A program made the position numbers and the translations under genes. From assembly GCA_025449905.1 (NCBI GenBank), contig JANWIN010000012.1, positions 109,318-173,317 of the forward strand: a DNA stretch of 64,000 nucleotides, in the 5' to 3' direction. Source of the DNA: Candidatus Saccharimonadales bacterium. Its GTDB lineage: Bacteria > Patescibacteriota > Saccharimonadia > Saccharimonadales > JANWIN01. A model generated the notes under the pieces. The model had not been told where the DNA came from. It searched no databases and saw only the letters and a list, made by a program, of their open reading frames with translations. Shown here in pieces: positions 47,134-56,169 of the stretch (position 1 is the stretch's first letter; each line of letters begins with the position of its first letter).

Positions 47134-47177
47134 AAATTGTACAACTTTGTGACGATCGTCACGATTATGTACAATTT
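47134..47177. repeat. Palindromic repeat, copy 2
   Basis: AAATTGTACA-ACTTT-GTGACGATCGTCAC-GATTA-TGTACAATTT; matches the 28785 copy. Confidence 0.85.
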
Positions 47178-47216
47178 GGCTGGTGCGAAAACAGTAAAAG
47201 CGTTATTATTTAGATC

Positions 47217-47516
47217 ATGATTAGCGTTTATGGGCAAGCAAAACCCAATCAAATAGGCGGAGCGCTGTTTGACACCACAAAAATATTTTTTGAAGATCAC
47301 GAGCTGGCTCGGCGACAGGCTTTTGAAGAACACTTACCCAGAGCAGACTTGAATTATAAGAGAAGGCTATTCCCGGAGGAGCTGGTTTTATGGGGGATTG
47401 TGGAAAGAGAAGACATTTTAGCGGTTATCCAGGGTGAAAGAAATAAAACAGTGGGCCGCCGCGTTCCAGCAAGCAGAGCTTCTGAGAAAGTTGGAGTGTC
47501 AGAAGACTACCTCTAA
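47217..47516 (+). CDS. Hypothetical protein
   Basis: 99 aa ORF filling the alaS-ftsA gap. Confidence 0.5.
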   Translation: MISVYGQAKPNQIGGALFDTTKIFFEDHELARRQAFEEHLPRADLNYKRRLFPEELVLWGIVEREDILAVIQGERNKTVGRRVPASRASEKVGVSEDYL

Positions 47517-47551
47517 AAACTTGCTACCCCTGAAATGATATAATCAAAAGC

Positions 47552-48829
47552 GTGTTAAATAAGATAAAGAATCTTAAGGGACTTAAGCCCAAAAAAAACA
47601 GCAAACAGTATTTAGTGGCACTGGACATTGGAACTGAAAATGTTAAGGCCTTAGTGGCCGAAGCCAAAGATAATACAATTGAGATTATCGGTGTTGGTCG
47701 AGCTCATCAAGGATTATCGGACATGCAGGCTGGCGCCATTTCGGACATTGCCGGGGTAGTCAAAAACTGTGACGATGCCTTGAATCAAGCCGAACAGCAA
47801 GCTGGTGCCAGTGCCCGCCCGGCAGTTATTGGCATCGCTGGTGAGTTAGTAAAAGGTACAACTACCACTGTGCGGGTGCGTCGCAAGGATCCAGCTAAAG
47901 AACTGGATTTTGACGAAGTTGAGCGAATTATCACTTTGGTCCAAAAACGTGCCCAAGAGCGAGCCAAACAACAATTAGTCTGGGAGTTGGGTGGCAAAGA
48001 AGTTGAAACCCGACTGGTTAATAGCGCGCTAGTAAATATTGAAATTGATGATTATGCAGTTACCAATCCGGTCGGTTTTAAGGGCAAGGACGTGGTTGTC
48101 CAGTTGTATACGGCCTTTGCGCCGATGATACATATTGGCGCGTTGGAGCGCACCGCTAAAGAACTAGATTTAGATTTGTTAGCCGTAGCCGCCGAACCTT
48201 TTGCCGTGGCTCGCTCGGTAGTTGGCAATGACCCAAATAAAGCGATGAGTGCTGTTTTGATGGACGTCGGCGGCGGAACAACCGACATAGCAGTTATTAA
48301 TGAAGGCGGCGTGCAAGGTACAAAAATGTTTGGCATTGGCGGCCGGGCTTTTACACGCGCGGTTGAGCGCGACCTTGGGGTTAATTTTGATTCAGCCGAA
48401 CAGATGAAAATAGGCCTATCCACCAACCAAGCACCCCGAGCACAAATTCCATCAATTGAAGCGGCGCTTCGCAAAACCTTGGAAGTTTGGGCCAGCGGTG
48501 TATCTTTAGCCCTCGGCGAGTTTACCCAACTCGATAATCTACCCAATAAATTACTGCTCTGCGGTGGCGGCTCCTCACTGGAAATGTTGATGCACAAGCT
48601 AAACGAGGCCAGCTGGTCACATGAATTACCTTTTACCCAAAAACCATCGGTCCAGCATATTAAGCCCGAAGAAGTCTTGGGCATTGTTGATAAAACCGGC
48701 CACGTTGCCGACCATACCTTTATCACCGCTATGGGCCTGTTACGTGTTGGACTAGACACCCTGCAACAGGATGAAGAGGTTGAAGGAGATTCAATTCGTG
48801 AGAAAATAGATAGATTGCTAAGAGTATAA
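47552..48829 (+). CDS. FtsA-like actin-fold ATPase
   Basis: ALDIGTENVK, DVGGGTTDIA, GIGGRAFT, LCGGGS; not adjacent to ftsZ, so possibly a paralogue. Confidence 0.85.
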   Translation: MLNKIKNLKGLKPKKNSKQYLVALDIGTENVKALVAEAKDNTIEIIGVGRAHQGLSDMQAGAISDIAGVVKNCDDALNQAEQQAGASARPAVIGIAGELVKGTTTTVRVRRKDPAKELDFDEVERIITLVQKRAQERAKQQLVWELGGKEVETRLVNSALVNIEIDDYAVTNPVGFKGKDVVVQLYTAFAPMIHIGALERTAKELDLDLLAVAAEPFAVARSVVGNDPNKAMSAVLMDVGGGTTDIAVINEGGVQGTKMFGIGGRAFTRAVERDLGVNFDSAEQMKIGLSTNQAPRAQIPSIEAALRKTLEVWASGVSLALGEFTQLDNLPNKLLLCGGGSSLEMLMHKLNEASWSHELPFTQKPSVQHIKPEEVLGIVDKTGHVADHTFITAMGLLRVGLDTLQQDEEVEGDSIREKIDRLLRV

Positions 48830-48830
48830 A

Positions 48831-50495
48831 ATGGCAGATTCCAAAGATACAATTTATATAGATATTGATGATGAAATCACCTCCATCATTGACAAGATGC
48901 GCTCCAGCGACAAGAAGATTGTGGCGTTAGTGCTGCCTAAGCGGGCAACGGTGCTGCAGAGCATCGTTAATATGAAACTGCTTAAAAAGACGGCGGAAAA
49001 GGCTGATAAAAATGTCGTGCTGATAACTTCCGAAGAAGGACTATTACCGCTGGCCGGCGCCGTGGGTGTGCATGTAGCTTCAACGCTGCAGAGTAAACCA
49101 GAAATACCACCCCCTCCTGACACCCTACCAGTTGGCGAAAAGCCAATACATGAAGAAGTCCCCGAAGACCCGAATCATAAAGTTGGAAAAGCTGAAGCGG
49201 CTGCGGCGGTGGCTGGCGCGGCGGCATTAAAGGCTCAAGCTAAGGATCACCCCAAGGAAGAAACCGTTGAGCTGGATGATAGTGAGAAATCCGCCGGTAA
49301 AAAACCAGCCAGCAAATCTAAAGATAAGAAAACCAAAGTACCCAACTTTGACAAGTTTAGAAAGCGACTGGTTATTGGTGCCCTAGCGGCTGTTGCCTTT
49401 ATTGTGCTATGGATTCTTGCTTTTGGCACACTCCAAAAAGCCACAATTATTATTAAAACAGACACAACTAATCAAGATATAAATCCGGATATTACGGTTG
49501 ATACTGATGCCAAATCGGTTAGCGTAGGCAGCGGCATTGTTCCAGGACATGTTAAGGAAATTAAGCATTCCGATTCACAAAGCGCACCGGCGACCGGCGA
49601 GAAAAATAAAGGCAGTAAAGCCACCGGTCAATTAACTGCTACCAACTGTAATTCACTCAGCCACCCCACGGTACTGGCCGGCTCAAAGTTCACTTCTGAC
49701 GGCGGCAAAGTCTTTACCAACAACTCTTCATTTACGCCAAGTACAGCACTTGTAAATGGTTCTATATGTTATACAGCTACATTTGGCGTAACAGCGGTCG
49801 AAGGCGGCGCCAGCTACAATTTACCTTCCTCTACTTCTTATACTAGTTCTTCACTAAAAGACTATGACATCAGTGGTAAAACTAGCGGTGGCACTGACCA
49901 AATTGTAAAAGTGGTTAGCCAAGCCGATATCGACAGCGCTAAACAAAAGACAACCAGTGATAAAGATGAAGCCAAAGCTGATCTTAAAAAGGCACTGGAA
50001 GAAGACGGCCTGTATGCAATTACCGACAGTTTTAATGGCGGGAAAGCTACTGTAAGCAGCTCGCCGCAAGTTGGGCAAGAGGCCGATAGTGTTAATGTAA
50101 CTTCAACAATTACTTACACCATGCTGGGGGTAAAAGAAGAAAGTCTTGAAAAAATAATTGATAACAGCGTAAAAGGCGAAATTGACACTAAAACTCAGTC
50201 GGTCCAAGACTATGGGCTAGATAACGCCAACTTTACTGTTAATGATAAAAACGGCAATCAAACCAGAATGTCGATGCAAACCACCATTGCCATTGGCCCC
50301 AAACTTAATGTTGATGAAGTCAAGCAACAGGTAGCTGGCAAAGAAAAAGGCACTATTCAGGATGAAATAGGCAACGTTGAAGGGGTTAAAGAAGTAATAG
50401 TCGACTTCAGTCCGTTTTGGGTACATAAGGCGCCTAAAAACCCTGCCAAGATAAATGTCGTAATTGAAAGTGCTAATGAGTCAGGAACCCCCTAA
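48831..50495 (+). CDS. Membrane-anchored protein with baseplate-J-like extracellular domain
   Basis: N-terminal IYIDIDDEITSII domain, linker, TM, then ATGQLT..AGSKFT..VTAVEGG.SYN..SGGT. Confidence 0.7.
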   Translation: MADSKDTIYIDIDDEITSIIDKMRSSDKKIVALVLPKRATVLQSIVNMKLLKKTAEKADKNVVLITSEEGLLPLAGAVGVHVASTLQSKPEIPPPPDTLPVGEKPIHEEVPEDPNHKVGKAEAAAAVAGAAALKAQAKDHPKEETVELDDSEKSAGKKPASKSKDKKTKVPNFDKFRKRLVIGALAAVAFIVLWILAFGTLQKATIIIKTDTTNQDINPDITVDTDAKSVSVGSGIVPGHVKEIKHSDSQSAPATGEKNKGSKATGQLTATNCNSLSHPTVLAGSKFTSDGGKVFTNNSSFTPSTALVNGSICYTATFGVTAVEGGASYNLPSSTSYTSSSLKDYDISGKTSGGTDQIVKVVSQADIDSAKQKTTSDKDEAKADLKKALEEDGLYAITDSFNGGKATVSSSPQVGQEADSVNVTSTITYTMLGVKEESLEKIIDNSVKGEIDTKTQSVQDYGLDNANFTVNDKNGNQTRMSMQTTIAIGPKLNVDEVKQQVAGKEKGTIQDEIGNVEGVKEVIVDFSPFWVHKAPKNPAKINVVIESANESGTP

Positions 50496-50904
50496 AACGG
50501 TGTTAGCTTTAGACTATGGTGAAAAACGCATAGGAGTGGCTATTGCCAACACTTTGAGCCGTTTACCAAGTCCGCTAACTACTGTTAATAACACCGAAAA
50601 TGCCCTTCAGACGCTTGTAGAGCTCGCTAGAACGCATAATGCTTATGCGGTGGTAGTTGGGCTGCCTAAGGGCTTAAAAGGGCAGGAAACACCACAAACT
50701 AGCCTTATACGCCAATTTATTAAATCATTATCTAAATCTTTATCTGTTCCAGTTTATACCCAAGATGAAACCTTAAGTTCAGTCCGTGCCGAAGAAGAGC
50801 TTAAACAGCGCAATGTCGGGTATAATAAAAGCTCTGTGGATGAACTGGCGGCAACTTATATTCTGGAAGACTTTTTAACGGAGCATAGCCAAATCAGCGT
50901 ATGA
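50464..50904 (+). CDS. ruvX: YqgF/RuvX family RNase H-fold nuclease
   Basis: LALDYGEKRIGVA, VVGLP, DETLSS, VDELAA. Confidence 0.93.
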   Translation: MKVLMSQEPPKTVLALDYGEKRIGVAIANTLSRLPSPLTTVNNTENALQTLVELARTHNAYAVVVGLPKGLKGQETPQTSLIRQFIKSLSKSLSVPVYTQDETLSSVRAEEELKQRNVGYNKSSVDELAATYILEDFLTEHSQISV

Positions 50905-51947
50905 AGACGAAACCTAAAGCCCGACGCGGCATTTGGCTAAAAAGAGCCGTAACAGCCTTAATAGTAGCGGCTTTGATATTTGTAATTGGCGGGGTAGTAG
51001 CCCACTATGTTTACAATCAAAACTTAAAACCAGTCAGCTCAACTCAAAAAATTATGATCGTCAAAATACCGCTGGGCTCATCACTCGATGAAATTGGCAA
51101 AATCTTTAAAGATGCTGGCGTAATTAAAAGTGAGTGGGCTTTTAAGCAATATGTTCGCAATCAGGGTGCTGACAACGACATCAAAGCCGGCACTTATGAG
51201 CTTAGTCCGGGTTACAGCGTGCAAGAAATAGTCTCAATTATTACCGAAGGCAAGATTAAAACTAACCTAGTAACTATCCTGCCAGGTCAAACCGTAAAGC
51301 AAATAAAGGAAACGTTTATTAATCATGGTTTTTCTAAATCAGAGGTAGACAGTGCCTTTCAGGCCGACAATTATAAAAACCACCCAGCTCTAGTGGACAA
51401 GCCCGTAAGTGCCGACTTAGAGGGCTATCTCTACCCAGAATCCTATCAAAAAGATGATAACACTAGCGCCAAGGATATAATTACCTTAGCTCTAGATGAA
51501 ATGCAGCAACGTTTAACTCCAGACGTGCGAACAGCCTTAGCCAAGCAAGATCTGTCTGTTTACGAGGGGATAGTTTTAGCCTCAATTATTACCAAGGAAG
51601 TCGATAAGCCTTCGGATCAGGCTCAAGCCGCCCAAGTATTTCTAAAGCGGCTACGCAGTGATATGCTGCTCGGCTCGGATGTTACAGCTTACTATGGTGC
51701 TCAAAAAGCCGGCCATCCGCGTTCCCTGAGCTACGATTCACCGTACAATACCCACTTGCATAAAGGCTTGCCAAAGGGTCCAATCAGTAATATTACAGAT
51801 ACAGCTTTAAATGCCGTAGTTCATCCGGCGAAGACTGACTGGTTATTTTTTGTCGCCGGCGATAACGGCACGACCTACTTTTCTAGAACGCTTGAGGAGC
51901 ATAAAAAGCTAGTTGAGCAATACTGTAAGAAATTATGCGCAAATTAA
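50901..51947 (+). CDS. mltG: Endolytic transglycosylase
   Basis: TM, KAGTY, LEGYLYPESY, LASIITKE, SPYNT..GLPKGPISN, LFFVA. Confidence 0.93.
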   Translation: MKTKPKARRGIWLKRAVTALIVAALIFVIGGVVAHYVYNQNLKPVSSTQKIMIVKIPLGSSLDEIGKIFKDAGVIKSEWAFKQYVRNQGADNDIKAGTYELSPGYSVQEIVSIITEGKIKTNLVTILPGQTVKQIKETFINHGFSKSEVDSAFQADNYKNHPALVDKPVSADLEGYLYPESYQKDDNTSAKDIITLALDEMQQRLTPDVRTALAKQDLSVYEGIVLASIITKEVDKPSDQAQAAQVFLKRLRSDMLLGSDVTAYYGAQKAGHPRSLSYDSPYNTHLHKGLPKGPISNITDTALNAVVHPAKTDWLFFVAGDNGTTYFSRTLEEHKKLVEQYCKKLCAN

Positions 51948-51992
51948 GAGAAATAACAGAGGTAGAACAGGGGTCACAGGGCTTGAAATTAA

Positions 51993-53153
51993 GTGTTGTC
52001 TTTGTTACTATTTATCGGACTCACCACCAGTGGTGAGCAGGAGAAGTATATTCGTACCTCATCAAGAACTATCAATCAGTTAGCTCAAGATAAGTTACAA
52101 GCTCAATCCGATCAGTACAAACGCTTAAGTAAGCGTATTTTTAAACAGTACAAAAAAAGAATTGTTCGCTATAGCGTTCTAGCGGCCAACGCCGCCTTGT
52201 TAGTATTAGTTTTAGTAGTGGTCCATTCGCCAGATACAGGCCAGTCAATTGCTAAATCGGCAGTTTCAGCTAGCAGCTCAGATACAGTCAATGCCGTAGA
52301 TCAATTGTCTTCAGCCGATATTGCCGTAAACGTTGCCAAGATGACCAATCTGGCAGAATCAACTTCGGTAGCTAATAATGCCGACAGTGTTAATATACGT
52401 CTGGCTTTAGCAAATTCTAGCGAAACTGTTATTGGCAAGCCGCAGGTTATTAGCACCGATATTAAGTCGCGTAGTGATATCCAGACCTACGTTGTTCAAA
52501 GCGGCGACACGATTAGCTCATTGGCCTCTAAGTTTAACGTTACCTCCGACACACTGCGCTGGTCTAACGCCATTTCCGGCGACAGCTTAGAGCCCGGTAG
52601 TGTGCTAAGGGTTTTGCCCGGTGTAAATGGCATTATTTATCTGGTTCGCGGCGGTGATACGCCAGAATCTTTGGCCAGCCGTTTCCAGGTTAGCAAAGAC
52701 ATCATCATTGCTTATAACGATGCCGAAGTCGGCGGCCTGCCGGTAGGCGGCTATATTATTATTCCTGGCGGCACGCCGGCCATAGTCGGCACACCGGCAA
52801 GCAGTAATACGGTAGCTGGCTTTACGCCGAGCTATGGTTATAACGGCTATGATTACGGTTGGTGTACTTGGTACGTAGCTTCTAAGATTTCAGTACCAAC
52901 TAACTGGGGCAATGCCAATACTTGGAGCGTTTATGCGCCATCTAGCGGCTGGTCTGTCAGCCAGGCCCCTCGAGCAGGCGGTATTGGCCAGACAACTGGC
53001 GGTTGGGCTGGTCACGTTGCTTATATCGAAGCCGTGTCTCCAGATGGCAGTATGGTTAAATTCTCTGATATGAACGGTTTAGCTGGCTGGGGTCGAGTTG
53101 GTAGAAGCGACTGGGTGCCGGCTTCACACTTCGACAACTACATCTACCGCTAG
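51993..53153 (+). CDS. LysM-LysM-CHAP peptidoglycan hydrolase
   Basis: YVVQSGDTISSLA and YLVRGGDT LysM repeats; GWCTWYV..WGNA..GHVAYIE CHAP domain; start uncertain. Confidence 0.9.
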   Translation: MLSLLLFIGLTTSGEQEKYIRTSSRTINQLAQDKLQAQSDQYKRLSKRIFKQYKKRIVRYSVLAANAALLVLVLVVVHSPDTGQSIAKSAVSASSSDTVNAVDQLSSADIAVNVAKMTNLAESTSVANNADSVNIRLALANSSETVIGKPQVISTDIKSRSDIQTYVVQSGDTISSLASKFNVTSDTLRWSNAISGDSLEPGSVLRVLPGVNGIIYLVRGGDTPESLASRFQVSKDIIIAYNDAEVGGLPVGGYIIIPGGTPAIVGTPASSNTVAGFTPSYGYNGYDYGWCTWYVASKISVPTNWGNANTWSVYAPSSGWSVSQAPRAGGIGQTTGGWAGHVAYIEAVSPDGSMVKFSDMNGLAGWGRVGRSDWVPASHFDNYIYR

Positions 53154-53320
53154 AAGCTATGTAACATTCTAGCCTGCTCCTGAGCAGAACTCAGGATTCT
53201 GCTAGAATTCTTGGCACGCTGCGTTGTTAACTTCCTGTGCGACTCAATCACCGTATTTCATATACGGCTCTTTCGCTACTCGTTGTTTCCTAGCAGCGCA
53301 CTCAAGTACATAACTTCTAG
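53150..53320 (-). ncRNA. Structured intergenic element, family copy 4
   Basis: Closing helix CTAGAAGCTATGTA/TACATAACTTCTAG; on the minus strand AGGAA loop, CCGTAT/ATACGG tip, AGAA-TCCTGAG-TTCTG-CTCAGGA-GCAG arm. Confidence 0.75.
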
Positions 53321-53346
53321 TATTTCGCATATAATTATAACTAGAG

Positions 53347-54609
53347 ATGTTTGTAGACACTGTAAAAATAAAGCTTGAGGCTGGCAAAGGTGGTGATGGC
53401 GCAGTTAGTTTTCGGCATGAAAAATATGTTGACCGCGGCGGACCGGATGGTGGTGATGGCGGTAGGGGTGGCGATATTATCCTAGAGGCCAGCCGTAATC
53501 AAAACACGCTGGCAGCTTTTCGGCATAAGAAATTATTAAAAGCTCAAGATGGCCAAACTGGCAGTAAGGTAAAGCGTCATGGCAAAAGCGGCCAGAATTT
53601 AATCGTACCCGTGCCGATTGGAACGGTGGCAATTGATAAAACCGGCAAGGTTTTAGCTGATCTAACAAACGATAACCAACAAACGGTAATTGCTAACGGC
53701 GGACAGGGTGGTTTTGGCAATGCTCACTTTGTGTCATCGCGCCGTCAAGCTCCACGCATAGCTGAAAATGGTGAGAAGGGTGACAAGCTGGAAGTTAGCT
53801 TGGAGCTTAAATTAATAGCTGATGTGGGCATTGTTGGCCTGCCAAATGCCGGTAAAAGCACCCTGCTGTCAGTAATTAGTCATGCTCGGCCGGAAATCGC
53901 CGATTATCCATTTACAACTCTAGCGCCTAACTTGGGGATGGTTGATATTGATAAAAAAACCAGCCTGTTATTTGCAGATATCCCCGGATTGATTGCCGGC
54001 GCTAGCCACGGCAAGGGTTTGGGCGATGAATTTTTACGGCACGTTGAGCGCACTAGTGTACTGGTGCACTTAATCGATGTTTATGAGAACGTCACCAGGG
54101 CTTACAAAATAATTCAAAAAGAATTGAAGGATTACAAAATCGACTTGTCCAAGCGGCCGCAAATTATCGCGCTTACCAAAACCGAGGGCCTAAATAAAAA
54201 GGAGATTAGTGCCGTGACTCGTGAGCTAAAGCCGTTTTTACCCAAGAAGACTCCACTACTGGCTATTTCTGCCCAGAGCCACGAAAATCTGGACAAACTG
54301 CTTTATAAAGCCAAAGAACTGGTAGCCAAACACAAAGTCGCCAAACCCAAACAAGGCAAGAAGAAATTGCCGGTGTTGCGTCTACCTCGCAGCCTAGATT
54401 CTTGGAAGGTTGTGAGGCGGGGCGATAAATATATAATTTCTGGTCGCAAGATTGAGCGCTTTGCAGAGCGGACGGATTTTGATAATCCCGAAGCCGTTGC
54501 CAGGTTGAGGAATATTATAAAAAAAATGGGTATTGCTCACGAACTAATCAGGCAAGGCATCAAATCTAACGAAACGATTGTAATTGGTAAGAGCAGCCTC
54601 AAATGGTAG
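53347..54609 (+). CDS. obgE: GTPase ObgE
   Basis: MFVD, GGPDGGDGGRGG, GLPNAGKST, YPFTT, DIPG, C-terminal OCT domain. Confidence 0.97.
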   Translation: MFVDTVKIKLEAGKGGDGAVSFRHEKYVDRGGPDGGDGGRGGDIILEASRNQNTLAAFRHKKLLKAQDGQTGSKVKRHGKSGQNLIVPVPIGTVAIDKTGKVLADLTNDNQQTVIANGGQGGFGNAHFVSSRRQAPRIAENGEKGDKLEVSLELKLIADVGIVGLPNAGKSTLLSVISHARPEIADYPFTTLAPNLGMVDIDKKTSLLFADIPGLIAGASHGKGLGDEFLRHVERTSVLVHLIDVYENVTRAYKIIQKELKDYKIDLSKRPQIIALTKTEGLNKKEISAVTRELKPFLPKKTPLLAISAQSHENLDKLLYKAKELVAKHKVAKPKQGKKKLPVLRLPRSLDSWKVVRRGDKYIISGRKIERFAERTDFDNPEAVARLRNIIKKMGIAHELIRQGIKSNETIVIGKSSLKW

Positions 54610-54611
54610 GG

Positions 54612-55148
54612 TTATAGACAGTGGGTGTAGTTTAAGCTTGTAACCGGCAGCTTATCGACAAGGATCTTGTCTTTGCCGCTGCTAAGAAGCAGCTTAATAC
54701 TGACAGATTCTGTAGCCTTAACACTATCTAAATCAATACCATTCGCAAGCTCGCCCCACCAGCCAGTTGACCAGCCCTGTTTTGGTTTGTTTTTAATGTG
54801 TTTACTGCCTTGGTAAACCGATACTTTTACGCCTTCGACCTTAACAGGCCTGGAACGCGACGGTTTGGCGCGGAATGTAGTTACATGAAGTGCGTACTTG
54901 CTTGAATATATATTTTTGGGGTCTGACTGCCCCTTAAAGACAACATAATAATATGACTCAGCATCCTTGTAGTTATCCGGAAAGACTGTCCAGCTGCAAG
55001 CTTCTGATTTTGGTTTGGACTTTATTTGGTTATAAATAGCATATCCGATTACAGTTACGACAAACAGAACGATTAAAACTAAGAAAACCTTTATGTAGTT
55101 ATTTTTTGACATAGTTTTTGCCATAGTTTGTTTCTTTGCTCTTTTCAT
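54612..55148 (-). CDS. Basic single-TM secreted protein
   Basis: Lys-rich N-terminus, TM, two Cys with one near the C-terminus. Confidence 0.7.
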   Translation of the reverse strand: MKRAKKQTMAKTMSKNNYIKVFLVLIVLFVVTVIGYAIYNQIKSKPKSEACSWTVFPDNYKDAESYYYVVFKGQSDPKNIYSSKYALHVTTFRAKPSRSRPVKVEGVKVSVYQGSKHIKNKPKQGWSTGWWGELANGIDLDSVKATESVSIKLLLSSGKDKILVDKLPVTSLNYTHCL

Positions 55149-55154
55149 AATTTT

Positions 55155-55622
55155 TTAACAATTTCTAATTGAGTTTAGTGGCCAAGGATCTCCGGAAGTA
55201 ATATTCGTAAAGAACCTAACAGTGTTTACAGGATTCACTGGATAGTATTCAACATATGCTTGGGTAGCATAAAGACCATACCAATTACTACTGCTCTTTG
55301 CTTTTGAGCCCCTTTCGCTTGTACTAAGATAGATTGTCTTATATGCCGTGGAGTATCGAGTGGTAAAGTTTTTTACTAGGTATTTATTTGGCGCGCGAAA
55401 TGATTTGCAGGCTTGGATTTTTAGACCATAGTACCCGGGATTAATTGTAGTTAGTCCACCAGCTTGGGCTTTATAGATTTTGTCATACGCTACAAGCCCT
55501 GTTGAGGCTAGTACTAAAACTAAAGCCAGGGACAGAAATATTTTTTTGGGCTTTGAGTCGGTCTTGAACCAACCGGCGTACAGTTTACCTTGAGTATTTT
55601 TCTTTGTTACTTTTTGAGCCAT
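55155..55622 (-). CDS. Basic single-TM secreted protein
   Basis: LVLASTGLVAYDKI..KAQA, ACK, terminal IRNC. Confidence 0.7.
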   Translation of the reverse strand: MAQKVTKKNTQGKLYAGWFKTDSKPKKIFLSLALVLVLASTGLVAYDKIYKAQAGGLTTINPGYYGLKIQACKSFRAPNKYLVKNFTTRYSTAYKTIYLSTSERGSKAKSSSNWYGLYATQAYVEYYPVNPVNTVRFFTNITSGDPWPLNSIRNC

Positions 55623-55647
55623 TTGCGTTTTCGACTGCTACTAAACA

Positions 55648-56169
55648 TTAACAGTCTTTTATCTCACTTGAAGAGAAATATTTACTTGATATTATTTTAC
55701 TCGCTTTAACTTCTTTCAAAGTTTTCGAATCAATTAGCACTTCAAATCTTACGCTCTTGCCTGACGCGATGCTTCTTTGACTGCTATTTGCTACTCCAAA
55801 CCACCAACTAGTTGACCATTCATCGAGCAAAACTTCATTACTATTGTGACTTGGAATGATACGAATGCCATAAACATTAGGCGAGTATCTAATGGTCCAA
55901 GACCTTATGCTATAAAGTCCAGAAGTGCCGCCGTATTTACAAACAGCAACTGTAGCAGGCACATTTTCATTGAATTTGACTACTGTATAGTTGTTATTAA
56001 ATGCCCGAGTATTAATTTGGCGTTCTTTAACTTTGCTATAAGCAGTAAAACCAGCTGTAGCTAAAATTAAAACTAAAACAGCAGCTAAAAACCCCTTCAG
56101 CCATTTGGGTTGTTTTTTTATTGAACCACCAACTTTGGCCAAGCTATTTGTTTTTTTATTCGTTTTCAT
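55648..56169 (-). CDS. Basic single-TM secreted protein
   Basis: ORF track to 56208, ATG 56169 likely; LILATAGFTAYSKV, VCK, terminal IKDC. Confidence 0.7.
   Translation of the reverse strand: MKTNKKTNSLAKVGGSIKKQPKWLKGFLAAVLVLILATAGFTAYSKVKERQINTRAFNNNYTVVKFNENVPATVAVCKYGGTSGLYSIRSWTIRYSPNVYGIRIIPSHNSNEVLLDEWSTSWWFGVANSSQRSIASGKSVRFEVLIDSKTLKEVKASKIISSKYFSSSEIKDC

Noticed and set aside
45252..47516. alaS pseudogene split into 47217-47516
   Set aside because: The downstream ORF does not resemble C-Ala and alaS ends cleanly after the editing domain.
48052..48852. 266-aa antisense ORF and the many other short shadow ORFs in the track
   Set aside because: They lie opposite or out of frame within well-supported genes and show no motifs.
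48831..50495. Prophage or contractile injection system
   Set aside because: Only one baseplate-J-like domain, membrane-anchored and among housekeeping genes; no sheath, tube, capsid, terminase or integrase.
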